A stretch of DNA of 64,000 bases from an uncultured Flavobacteriaceae bacterium (GCA_965363545.1 CBDTUD010000011.1:2434-66433), one strand, 5' to 3'; positions 1 to 9,417 are shown, numbered from the stretch's first letter. Notes: generated from the letters alone by a model not told the origin. Translations and numbers: made by a program.

Positions 1-2
1 TG

Positions 3-194
3 CATGAGCACGATAATAAAACACCTCAAGGTTTCGGAATTTTCTATGAAGGAAATTTGGTTTGTTTTTACGATTATGAATCAGATTTAAATGATGGATG
101 GGAAAATGAAAACACACATAACGACCCGCTAGAAATTCGATTACCAGCACTCAAAATGGGTGCAAATATTATTTCATATGCCTTTAAAAATTAA
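3..194 (+). CDS. 3' end of a gene that starts before the window (C-terminal 63 aa, ...GFGIFYEGNLVCFYDYESDLNDGWENENTHNDP...GANIISYAFKN*). It resembles the C-terminus of DUF4159-type proteins.
   Basis: I translated frame 3 by hand. It is open from the window edge to TAA at 192-194. The family assignment is from memory of the GW-E..-HNDP C-terminal pattern and is tentative. Confidence 0.4.
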   Translation, partial: HEHDNKTPQGFGIFYEGNLVCFYDYESDLNDGWENENTHNDPLEIRLPALKMGANIISYAFKN

Positions 195-206
195 ACCAAG
201 AATACA

Positions 207-1130
207 GTGATATTAGCTATAGAAAATTTAGATCGCCTTCAAATAAATTTCGATTCAGATAGTTTATGGTTAGCCAACCTTACACTTGCCTTGGTCATGT
301 TTGGGGTTGCTTTAGATATCAAAATTTCTGACTTTACCACTTTACTAAAATCACCAAAACCAGTAATTGTTGGCATATTTGCTCAGTTTTTGTTGATTCC
401 GTTTGTGACTTTTGTTTTAGTTTCTATTATTAATCCGTTGCCGAGCATTGCTTTAGGAATGATTATGGTAGCTTCTTGTCCGGGTGGTAACGTTTCTAAT
501 TTCATGTCAAAACTAGCTGGCGGTAATACCGCTCTTTCGATAAGCTTGACGGCATTTGCTTCTTTTGCTGCATTACTCATGACTCCACTTAACTTTGCTA
601 TTTATGGAAATTTGTACGAGCCCACATCCGAAATATTACGATCTGTTTCTTTGAATCCGTTTGAAGTAGCAAAAATTGTGGGATTAATTATTGGAGTTCC
701 TCTCGTTTTAGGAATGGCAATCAAACACTTCTTTTCTGATTTTGCATCAAAAGCTGCTAAATTTTTAAAACCAGTTTCGATTCTAATATTTATTGCCTTT
801 ATTGCAGTAGCACTCTATGAAAATCTCGATATATTTAGAGATTATATTAGCAATGTTTTGTATTTAGTATTGCTTCATAATGCCATTTTAATTCTTCTCG
901 GCTTCTATTCTGGCAAAGTTACCGGCTTAGACTATAACGATCAAAAAACGTTGGCTATTGAAATTGGCATTCAAAATTCCGGACTTGGATTATTATTGGT
1001 ATTTTCCTTTTTTGAGGGCTTAGGCGGCATGGCTTTATTGGTAGCATTTTGGGCGATATGGGATATCGTTTCCGGACTCATTATTTCGTATTATTGGGCT
1101 AGAAAACTACCTAAAGTTATCACTTCATGA
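207..1130 (+). CDS. Bile acid:sodium symporter (BASS/SBF) family transporter
   Basis: 307 aa polytopic membrane protein with the SBF-family signature ASCPGGNVSNF and IGIQNSGLG. GTG start. Its stop overlaps the next start in ATGA at 1127-1130. Confidence 0.85.
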   Translation: MILAIENLDRLQINFDSDSLWLANLTLALVMFGVALDIKISDFTTLLKSPKPVIVGIFAQFLLIPFVTFVLVSIINPLPSIALGMIMVASCPGGNVSNFMSKLAGGNTALSISLTAFASFAALLMTPLNFAIYGNLYEPTSEILRSVSLNPFEVAKIVGLIIGVPLVLGMAIKHFFSDFASKAAKFLKPVSILIFIAFIAVALYENLDIFRDYISNVLYLVLLHNAILILLGFYSGKVTGLDYNDQKTLAIEIGIQNSGLGLLLVFSFFEGLGGMALLVAFWAIWDIVSGLIISYYWARKLPKVITS

Positions 1131-2152
1131 AGACAATCTGGTACCATTTCGTAAAATATTATATCCGAATAGGGTTTGCCTTTTATTTTAAAAAGATTCA
1201 AATTCACAATCCCGAAAATATTCCTAGAAAAAAGGCTGTAGTATTTGTTGCCAATCATCAAAATGCACTTATCGATCCAATTTTAATAGGCTCGACGAAT
1301 CCGCGTGAGATGCATTATTTAACTCGTGCACAAGTATTTAAAAAACCAGTCATAAAAGAACTTTTACATTCTATAAATATGCTGCCTATTTATAGAATTC
1401 GCGACGGATTTGAAACTTTATCAAATAATGAAGCAGTTTTTCAAAATTGTTATACTCTTTTAGAAAAGCAAAAGGCTATCCTTATTTTTCCTGAAGGAAA
1501 TCATAATTTAAAACGAAGAATACGAATTTTAAGCAAAGGATTTACTCGAATTGTTTTCGGAGCGTTGGAACATAATCCGAATAATGATATTGTGATTGTT
1601 CCCGTTGGCTTGAATTATAGCGAACCAACCAAATATGCCAGTAAAGTAAGCTTGTATTTTGGCAAGCCCATCGCAGTAAGGCCTTATTGGGAAAATTATG
1701 GCAAGAATGATTCTGTTACTAACTTAAAAAAAGATGTTCGCGAACAATTAAAACTTTTGACAACGCATATTGAAGATTTAGAAAACTACGATTCAATTTC
1801 TAACCATTTTGTAGCAGATTCGTTTTTATTCCCAGAAATGGTAAACAAAAAAATCGCATCTTCAACCAACTTCCCTACTGCCCTTAAAGCTAAAAAAAAC
1901 CAGTTCAATATTCTTGGATTTCTGGTGAAAATAAATAGTTTTTTTCCGCTTTTGATTTGGAAATTTATTTCTCTAAAAATAGATGAAGAAGAATTTATTG
2001 GTACTTTTAAATTTATTGTCGGAATTACCGCCTTTCCCTTATTTTATGTACTTCAAACCGGTATTATTTTTTACTTTTTCGGAGGAATCTATGCTGTAAT
2101 CTATCTTACAGCAAGCTTATTATCGGTATTTATTTTAACTAAAACCAAGTAA
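1127..2152 (+). CDS. PlsC/GPAT-family lysophospholipid (glycerol-phosphate) acyltransferase with a C-terminal membrane anchor region
   Basis: Contains the acyltransferase blocks ANHQNALIDP and FPEGNHN. The C-terminal ~80 aa are strongly hydrophobic (2-3 predicted TM helices). Confidence 0.8.
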   Translation: MKTIWYHFVKYYIRIGFAFYFKKIQIHNPENIPRKKAVVFVANHQNALIDPILIGSTNPREMHYLTRAQVFKKPVIKELLHSINMLPIYRIRDGFETLSNNEAVFQNCYTLLEKQKAILIFPEGNHNLKRRIRILSKGFTRIVFGALEHNPNNDIVIVPVGLNYSEPTKYASKVSLYFGKPIAVRPYWENYGKNDSVTNLKKDVREQLKLLTTHIEDLENYDSISNHFVADSFLFPEMVNKKIASSTNFPTALKAKKNQFNILGFLVKINSFFPLLIWKFISLKIDEEEFIGTFKFIVGITAFPLFYVLQTGIIFYFFGGIYAVIYLTASLLSVFILTKTK

Positions 2153-2213
2153 AAAACTGCCCTAATTAATTTTCTTTGAGCTGAGATTTCAAAAGAAAAA
2201 CATCTAACAAGAA

Positions 2214-5123
2214 TTAATCAAGTATTGCAGCTTGAATTAAGCCCTGAACTCGGGTTCGGATATCGTGTTTACCTAACAAATTATTCTTTCTTGTTGGATA
2301 CACTCGATTAGATAAGAAAACATAAACGATTTCAGTTTCAGGGTCAACAAAAGTGTAGGTTCCCGTGTAACCACTGTGCCCAAAACTTTTAAAAGAAGTA
2401 CAGCCACATGTTGCCTTTTCTTTCGGATCTAATTGCGGTTTGTCAAAAGTAAGACCTCTTCTGTTGCCTTTATCTTCAAAATATCTAAAATTAAAGGTGT
2501 CTAAAGTCTCTGGTTTTAAGTAGCTTTTTCCACCATAATAGCCATTTTGCATATACATTTGCATCATTTTCGCTACGTCATTCGAAGTTCCGAATAAACC
2601 GGCATTACCACTTACGCCACCCATCATGGCGGCGCCTTCATCATGTACATAACCTTGCAGCAATTGATGTCTGAAAAAATCATCTTTTTCTGTGGGTACA
2701 ATCCGCGCTTTTGGAAATTTCTTTAACGGATTATAGGTTAAAGTTGTTGCTCCGAGAGGTGCGTAAAAATTTTGATTATCCAATTGATCCAATGGCATTT
2801 TATATTGCTTTTGAAGATAATCTACGAATAAGTAAAAAGGCAAACCACTATACACATATTCCAATTTTTCTCGCTGTGGTGCTTCGGCAATCAACTTGTA
2901 AATGGTATCGATGTAATCGGTGCGCAAATACAACTGATCAGCAACTTCTATATTGAATTTTTTGGATCTTTTATGTTGAAAATATTTCTTTTTTGGTTCA
3001 TTATGCTCTCCCTCAACCAAAGCATTATAATAAGAAATATAAGGTTTTAGTTTTGCGTAATGTGATAGGGTTTCTTTGACAGTTAAAGTGTCTTTATTAC
3101 TGTTTTTTAGAGCCGGGAATATTTCACCTAAAGTGGTTTCCAAATTAAATTTACCTTCTTCTTCAGCTTTCATAATCATTGGTAAACCACCTAATATTTT
3201 CGTTACCGATGCTAAATCATAAATGCTGTTATCATCAACTTTTTGAATGTTATCATATGTATAATAGCCAAAACTTTTTCTGTAAACAATCTTACCATGT
3301 CGGGCAACTAAAACCTGCATTCCTGGCGCCATAGCAGAGTCTATAACTATCTTGGCAAGATTATCAATTTCATTAAGCTTTTTGCTATCTAGTTGCACCT
3401 CTTCGGGTATGGAATATCCCAATCTTTTATTATTCGAAACATATAAACCATACCCTTCGGAATAATTATCGTTAATATTTACCGGTAATTTTCCTTTGGC
3501 ATCGACCGCCCCAAAAATCATTTGTGCAGAAATATCTTGAGCTAATTCAGTATTTTGATATGAAACTATAACGGCATCAATATTTTGAAATGTTTTAATT
3601 TTCAACAAACTATAAGGACTCGCAAACACATCTAAAATTACTCGTTTTTCTCTTGCTATTTCTTGTAATTTCACCAAATCTTGATCGGCAATTTGATAAC
3701 TCGAATAGGCACCTAACGAGGTATGAAAACTTACAATCACGGTTTGATAGTTTTTGAGTTTCGTAACAACCTGATCTAAATTCGAAGCTGAAATAACATC
3801 CACTTTGGTGTAATCATTCAAACGGCTTACAAAGGTTTTGTTATCATTTGTTCCCAATTGTACATATGCAATTTTGGTAGAATCGAGGTCTTTTATCGGT
3901 AATACATTGTTTTTATTTTGGATAACTGTAATCGAATTTTCAACCAATTTTCGATTAATTACTTGATATTTTGGAGCATTTATATCTTCTCTTAAATTCT
4001 CTAAACTCGCAGGTTTATAGGCACTTAAACCAACCCAGTATTTGGCTTTCAAAATTTTACGAACAGAATAATCCAAACGTTCAGTGCTGACTTTTTTTGA
4101 TTTTAGAGCTGCTTTAATTTCCTTGATTCCGGCACTTACATCTTCCGGGTATAACAACATATCATTTCCAGCTTCAAAAGCTTTTAAATCAATTTGCCCC
4201 GGTTTGGCAAAGTTGGCAGCACCTTTCATGTTCAAAGCGTCGGTAAAAATCAAGCCTTTAAACTTCATTTTTTCTTTTAATAATTTTGTTACCACATTTT
4301 CTGATAAAGAGGTAGGTAATGACGTATCGGATTCTAAGCTAGGAACACTTAAATGAGCCACCATAACACCTGTTAATCCATTTTTAATCAACTCTTTATA
4401 GGGGTATAATTCTATATTTTCTATTCTGCTTTGTGATAAGTCTACGGTAGGCAAAGTCTTATGCGAGTCTTGTGAGGTATCTCCGTGTCCGGGAAAATGT
4501 TTTGCACTACCTATAATATGTTCACTTTGCAATCCTTTCATAAATTGCATCGCCTTTTGGCTAACATTATATTTATTTTCGCCATACGAACGATTTCCAA
4601 TCACAGGATTTTTTGGGTTTGTATTAATGTCAACGACCGGAGCAAAATCAATATGTATACCTAAACGTTTGTATTGCTCGGCAACCGATTTACCCATATT
4701 AAATAAAAGTTTATCATCGCGGATAGCGCCCAAAGCCATATTGTACGGATAACCGATCGTATTATCTATGCGCATATCTAAGCCCCACTCACCATCTAAA
4801 GAAATGAGTAAGGGTATTTTAGCTTCACTTTGGTATTTATTTATTAAAGTAACATGACCATTTGCTGAGCCTTGAAAAAAGCACAATCCCCCTAAATGGT
4901 GTGTTTTTACCAGGTTAGATATATAATCGGTGTGTTTTTTATCTTTATTAGAAAAAGCGGCTACCATAAATAACTGACCTATTTTTTGGTCAACGCTCAT
5001 TGTTTTTAAAACACTATCTGCCCATCTATTTTGGGCAATACTATCTTTCGCTTGTAGCGGATCGAATTGTGAAAATCCTTGAAAAGAAATTAAAATAAAA
5101 AATAAGAAAAAGATTTTTTTCAT
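2214..5123 (-). CDS. Secreted fusion protein: N-terminal glycoside hydrolase family 3 (NagZ-like beta-N-acetylhexosaminidase) plus C-terminal beta-lactamase-related serine hydrolase domain
   Basis: Has a signal peptide (MKKIFFLFFILISFQGFSQ). GH3 motifs are KHFPGHGDT and GLIFTDAL. The C-terminal half carries the SxxK motif ASVTK and FGHSGYTGT. Confidence 0.85.
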   Translation of the reverse strand: MKKIFFLFFILISFQGFSQFDPLQAKDSIAQNRWADSVLKTMSVDQKIGQLFMVAAFSNKDKKHTDYISNLVKTHHLGGLCFFQGSANGHVTLINKYQSEAKIPLLISLDGEWGLDMRIDNTIGYPYNMALGAIRDDKLLFNMGKSVAEQYKRLGIHIDFAPVVDINTNPKNPVIGNRSYGENKYNVSQKAMQFMKGLQSEHIIGSAKHFPGHGDTSQDSHKTLPTVDLSQSRIENIELYPYKELIKNGLTGVMVAHLSVPSLESDTSLPTSLSENVVTKLLKEKMKFKGLIFTDALNMKGAANFAKPGQIDLKAFEAGNDMLLYPEDVSAGIKEIKAALKSKKVSTERLDYSVRKILKAKYWVGLSAYKPASLENLREDINAPKYQVINRKLVENSITVIQNKNNVLPIKDLDSTKIAYVQLGTNDNKTFVSRLNDYTKVDVISASNLDQVVTKLKNYQTVIVSFHTSLGAYSSYQIADQDLVKLQEIAREKRVILDVFASPYSLLKIKTFQNIDAVIVSYQNTELAQDISAQMIFGAVDAKGKLPVNINDNYSEGYGLYVSNNKRLGYSIPEEVQLDSKKLNEIDNLAKIVIDSAMAPGMQVLVARHGKIVYRKSFGYYTYDNIQKVDDNSIYDLASVTKILGGLPMIMKAEEEGKFNLETTLGEIFPALKNSNKDTLTVKETLSHYAKLKPYISYYNALVEGEHNEPKKKYFQHKRSKKFNIEVADQLYLRTDYIDTIYKLIAEAPQREKLEYVYSGLPFYLFVDYLQKQYKMPLDQLDNQNFYAPLGATTLTYNPLKKFPKARIVPTEKDDFFRHQLLQGYVHDEGAAMMGGVSGNAGLFGTSNDVAKMMQMYMQNGYYGGKSYLKPETLDTFNFRYFEDKGNRRGLTFDKPQLDPKEKATCGCTSFKSFGHSGYTGTYTFVDPETEIVYVFLSNRVYPTRKNNLLGKHDIRTRVQGLIQAAILD

Positions 5124-5196
5124 TAAAAAATTTTTAAACGATTAGTAAAGGTTGAGAGATAGTTTGTTTCAAAAATTTTCTACATACTAGATGCCA

Positions 5197-5682
5197 TCAG
5201 CTAAAATAACGAGCGTGCCAACTTTTTTCTGCTGGAATTTCCCATGCTATTTCCAACTCTTTTTTGGTTTGCACTAAATTATTAAAAACAATGGTTTTTG
5301 AAGTAATTTTTTGTTGGTTCGCATATTTTTGAAAATCTGCTAAAACCACAGAATTGATATGTTCGCCATCTTTAAAAGCGGTATTCATTTTATTTATCAA
5401 TTCAACACCATAAGCCTTTTCGATTTGTTGCATTAGGTGTGTAGAAGCGTCAATAGAACAGCCTGAAATTTCATTAAAATTTTCATCTACTGCCAAAATA
5501 ATAAATTGTTTGTATTTGATTTGATATGAGGCTTTTAAATCTTCGCCATGACGTTTCCAATTTGCGATGAAATCTTCTACTTTTTTACCAATTTCTAGAA
5601 CTTCGGCATCGGTAAATTCTTTGTTGGATTGGTAAATCCAAATTCTTGAAGTATCGGCTAAACTGTCAAAATTAACTAGCAT
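5197..5682 (-). CDS. Conserved hypothetical protein (161 aa)
   Basis: Clean ORF 2 nt downstream of the exonuclease gene on the same strand. No motif that I can assign. Confidence 0.6.
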   Translation of the reverse strand: MLVNFDSLADTSRIWIYQSNKEFTDAEVLEIGKKVEDFIANWKRHGEDLKASYQIKYKQFIILAVDENFNEISGCSIDASTHLMQQIEKAYGVELINKMNTAFKDGEHINSVVLADFQKYANQQKITSKTIVFNNLVQTKKELEIAWEIPAEKSWHARYFS

Positions 5683-5684
5683 AT

Positions 5685-6503
5685 TTATATTTTGTTATTA
5701 AATTTATTTTTTAAATCTTCTAAAGAATTCACCTGCTTTTTTGGACTCGTTTTTTCTTTAATCTGTGTAAGCACTTTTTTGGTATACATTGGGAAATCGG
5801 CATTTTGAATCCATGAGTAATATCCGGGATTATCTCGTAAAACATCACCAACTTTCATACCTCGATATTTACCAAAAGAAAAAATTTCTTCATCGTCATC
5901 ATCAAATTGAATAAAACCGGCAAAATCAGCTCTTTTTCCATGTGTTGAGTATTCGCTTAAAAAATCAATATCATTTTCAATATCTTCATATTTAGAAAGT
6001 TGCGCTTCTAAAATTTCAAAAGTTGCCTTAGTATCCGCTTCTGCCGAATGTGCATTATCAAGGTCTTTATCACAATAAAATTTATACCCTGCACCTAAAG
6101 TACGTTGTTCTTTTTTATGAAAAATCACCTGTACATCAATTGCTTTTCGATCATCCATGTTAAAATCAACCCCTGCTTTCAACATTTCTTCCGCTAAAAG
6201 CGGAATATCAAATCGGTTGGAATTAAAGCCTGCCAAATCACAACCTTCAATGAGCGCGCTAATTTCTGGCGCTAATTCTTTAAATTTAGGTTCCATCACC
6301 ACTTTTTCATTGGTAATTCCGTGAATATCTGATGCTTCTTTCGGTATTTCAATTTCTGGATTTACCAACCAAGTTTTGCTTTCTTTGTTTCCGTTTGGAA
6401 AAACTTTTAAAATGGAAATTTCAACAATTCTATCCGAAGCAATTTGAATTCCGGTAGTTTCTAAATCAAAAAAAATGATAGGTCTTTCAAGCTTTAAATT
6501 CAT
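5685..6503 (-). CDS. DnaQ/DEDDh-type 3'-5' exonuclease domain protein with a C-terminal extension
   Basis: Exo I motif FFDLETTG, Exo II NSNRFDIPLL and Exo III HSAEADT. It is DNA pol III epsilon-like but carries an extra ~80 aa tail. Confidence 0.85.
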   Translation of the reverse strand: MNLKLERPIIFFDLETTGIQIASDRIVEISILKVFPNGNKESKTWLVNPEIEIPKEASDIHGITNEKVVMEPKFKELAPEISALIEGCDLAGFNSNRFDIPLLAEEMLKAGVDFNMDDRKAIDVQVIFHKKEQRTLGAGYKFYCDKDLDNAHSAEADTKATFEILEAQLSKYEDIENDIDFLSEYSTHGKRADFAGFIQFDDDDEEIFSFGKYRGMKVGDVLRDNPGYYSWIQNADFPMYTKKVLTQIKEKTSPKKQVNSLEDLKNKFNNKI

Positions 6504-6550
6504 TCTATTTTTTTTATAGTTGTACAGAAATTAAATTCTGTTATTTTTGG

Positions 6551-7876
6551 TTAAAAATTAGCATTAACATTCCAAGCTTCTAAATAATCTGCCACTTTTT
6601 TGACAAACATTCCTCCAAGAGCACCATTTACTACACGGTGGTCATACGAATGCGACAAGAACATTTTATGTCGGATACCTATAAAATCACCTTCAGGGGT
6701 TTCAATTACCGCAGGTACTTTTCGAATTGCTCCCAAAGCTAAAATAGCAACTTGTGGTTGATTAATAATTGGTGTACCCATAATACTGCCGAATGAACCC
6801 ACATTTGTTACGGTATAGGTACCTCCTTGAATATCATCCGGATTCAGTTTGCCTTCTCGCGCCCGTTTTGCTAAATCATTTACCACTTTAGTCATTCCAA
6901 CCAAATTCAACTGATCAGCATTTTTTATTACCGGAACAATTAAATTGCCATCTGCCAAAGCAGCCGCCATACCTAAGTTGATATTTTTATGTTTGATAAT
7001 TTTATCTCCATCAACAGAAATATTGACCATTGGAAATTCTTTAATCGCCTTCGCAACGGCTTCCATAAAAATAGGTGTAAAGGTTATTTTTTCTCCTTCT
7101 CGTTTGAAAAAATCATCTTTTACACGTTCTCTCCATTTTACCATATTGGTAACATCCACTTCAATAAAACTTTGTACATGAGCAGAGGTCTGCACGGAAT
7201 TCACCATATGTTTGGCAATAAGTTTGCCCATTCTGGTCATTTCTATTACCTCATCCGTACCATTTACAGATACTGATTTTGGAGCAACATAACTTGGTGC
7301 CTTTTGCTCCGTAACCGCTGTTTGTGGAATTACTTTTTCTATAACCTTTGTTGGCGCTGCACTACGATCTCCAATATAAGCCAAAATATCAGTTTTAGTT
7401 ACTCGATCATCTTTGCCGGTACCAACAATATTTTCTAATTCTTCCATAGAGATTCCCTCTGCCTTCGCGATGTTTTTTACCAATGGAGAATAAAACTTTC
7501 CGGAAGCCGAACTCATAGTTCCAATTACCTCCTCTAAATTATTTGAAATTTCCTGACTGGTTACCACTATTGGGGTTTCTTCCTTTTGAATAGTTTTAGA
7601 AACTATTGTTTCATTTTTTTCGTTTGACTCGACTCCATTAATTTCAATAACAGCAAAAGTCTCTCCTACCTTAACTACATCGTTTACTTCGAAAAACTTT
7701 TCTACCAATACACCTTCTACTTCGCTTGGAACTTCACTATCTACTTTATCGGTAGCTATTTCAACAATTACCTCATCCAATTCAATGGTATCTCCAATTT
7801 CTTTTAGCCAAGAAGTTATCGTTGCCTCTGCAACACTTTCTCCCATTTTTGGCAATTTCAATTCGAATCTCGACAT
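6551..7876 (-). CDS. 2-oxoacid dehydrogenase complex E2 component (dihydrolipoyllysine-residue acyltransferase)
   Basis: Lipoyl domain with ATDKV, a peripheral subunit-binding segment and the catalytic motif HSYDHRVVNG. No E1 or E3 gene is adjacent. Confidence 0.9.
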   Translation of the reverse strand: MSRFELKLPKMGESVAEATITSWLKEIGDTIELDEVIVEIATDKVDSEVPSEVEGVLVEKFFEVNDVVKVGETFAVIEINGVESNEKNETIVSKTIQKEETPIVVTSQEISNNLEEVIGTMSSASGKFYSPLVKNIAKAEGISMEELENIVGTGKDDRVTKTDILAYIGDRSAAPTKVIEKVIPQTAVTEQKAPSYVAPKSVSVNGTDEVIEMTRMGKLIAKHMVNSVQTSAHVQSFIEVDVTNMVKWRERVKDDFFKREGEKITFTPIFMEAVAKAIKEFPMVNISVDGDKIIKHKNINLGMAAALADGNLIVPVIKNADQLNLVGMTKVVNDLAKRAREGKLNPDDIQGGTYTVTNVGSFGSIMGTPIINQPQVAILALGAIRKVPAVIETPEGDFIGIRHKMFLSHSYDHRVVNGALGGMFVKKVADYLEAWNVNANF

Positions 7877-8339
7877 AGTTGTTTTTTAATTTTTGATGTG
7901 CAAAGTTAAAAAATAAAAAAGATAATATTTAGTGACCTCCAAGTTATTTATAAATTGAAGGCAAGATACGCTAAATCAGAGAATCTCACCATTTAACTTA
8001 ACTTTTAATGGCGTTTTTAAAGGCTTTAAAAGTAGCCTTTCGCTATAATAATAAAAATATTTTCTTTTTCCATCTTGGATTTAGAATTTAAATCAGAAAC
8101 TACCATTATTAAAGTTGTGTTAACGTTTTCAAAAATCTCGTATGTAACAAAAATTACGCAGTTAAGTAACAAAAGTGGAATAAAAAATGATTGAAATTAA
8201 GTATAATAATTCTAAATAATACTTATATCTCTGTTTTACAGTTACTTAAAAATTTTTGCAAGATGATTAAAATCATGTTTTATATTTTATCATACTCTTA
8301 ACTTTATGGTATAATAACAACATACTAATATCAACTATT

Positions 8340-9401
8340 ATGAAAAATTTAACTTTAAAAGGATTACTATTAATTATAGCATCCAGTTTTCTCTTAATTC
8401 AATGTACCACTGATCCGTTAGAAGGGGTAGCAGGTCAAAATGGAATTGACGGTATTGCGGGCGTTGACGGTATTGACGGTGTAGATGGCACAACAAGCTG
8501 TACATCATGTCACGCTAACAGTCATACAGACCCAATAATTGATGCTTATGCATTATCACGCCACGCCACTGGAAGTAACTGGGCTAGAGGTACCAGCGCC
8601 AGTTGTGCTCAATGCCATAATAATGAAGGATATATAGATTATCTTTCCGGAACTTTTGTTGATGACGATGGTGTACAATCTGCAAACCCTAACGGTTACG
8701 CAGTATCCAACCCTATTACATGTACTGGTTGTCATAGTAATCACAGATCATTCGATTTCGAAAATGATGGCAATGACTATGCGTTAAGAAATATTGATCC
8801 GGTATTTTTAGTTATAGATCCTACAGTTCATATTGACTTTGCAAATGATGTTGATCCATTAGGATTAAGCAATTCATGTACTACTTGTCACCAACCTAGA
8901 AATAGTTATGCAATTCCTGCAGGAACAGAAGATTATGAAATAACCAGTTCAAGATTTGGACCTCATCATAGTCCTCAAGCAACATTGGTTGAAGGTATTA
9001 TGGGAGCAAACATTGCCGGTGCAGTTGGATATCCTGGTGTTGGTTCATCAGCACACAGAGCCGGTTCATCATGTACAGCATGTCATATGGGTGAAACCAC
9101 TGACGGTACTGACGGTGGTCATAGTTGGATGGTAACATCAAACACATGTTTAGAATGTCACTCTAATGTTCCTACAGAAGTAACTGGATTTGCTGCCGAT
9201 ATGCTAACATTACACACCTTATTAGTTGAAGAAGGTGCTATTACTGAAGATGGAAGTACTGTAAGCGGAACTTATCCTGTAAAAGTTGCTCAAGCAACTT
9301 GGAACTATAAGACTTTAGAAGAGGATAAAAGTCATGGTGTACACAATCCAAATTATGCTAAGGCTCTTCTTAAAAATTCAATAGAGGCTCTACAAAATTA
9401 A
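8340..9401 (+). CDS. Hexahaem c-type cytochrome, predicted lipoprotein, with an N-terminal collagen-like Gly-X-Y linker
   Basis: Signal peptide ends in LLIQC. There are six CXXCH motifs (CTSCH, CAQCH, CTGCH, CTTCH, CTACH, CLECH). A G-X-Y x7 stretch follows the lipobox Cys directly. Confidence 0.85.
   Translation: MKNLTLKGLLLIIASSFLLIQCTTDPLEGVAGQNGIDGIAGVDGIDGVDGTTSCTSCHANSHTDPIIDAYALSRHATGSNWARGTSASCAQCHNNEGYIDYLSGTFVDDDGVQSANPNGYAVSNPITCTGCHSNHRSFDFENDGNDYALRNIDPVFLVIDPTVHIDFANDVDPLGLSNSCTTCHQPRNSYAIPAGTEDYEITSSRFGPHHSPQATLVEGIMGANIAGAVGYPGVGSSAHRAGSSCTACHMGETTDGTDGGHSWMVTSNTCLECHSNVPTEVTGFAADMLTLHTLLVEEGAITEDGSTVSGTYPVKVAQATWNYKTLEEDKSHGVHNPNYAKALLKNSIEALQN
8424..8489 (+). repeat. Imperfect 9-bp tandem repeat encoding seven Gly-X-Y triplets (GVAGQNGIDGIAGVDGIDGVDG)
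   Basis: Units such as GACGGTATT / GACGGTGTA recur in the DNA. Glycine falls at every third residue from aa 29 to 50. Confidence 0.7.
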
Positions 9402-9417
9402 TATTTGATATTTAAAT

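Noticed and set aside
8143-8176. The motif GTAACAAAAGT / ATGTAACAAAA is shared between the region upstream of the cytochrome cluster (8143-8176) and the hemA upstream region (24389-24403). At first it looked like a common haem/redox regulator site.
   Set aside because: Read on the opposite strand, the hemA copy is TACTTTTG, a plain TAnnTTTG -7 promoter box. Similar CAAAAGTA strings recur at other divergent promoters, for example 53795-53802. The similarity is best explained by generic promoter-like sequence, not a specific operator.
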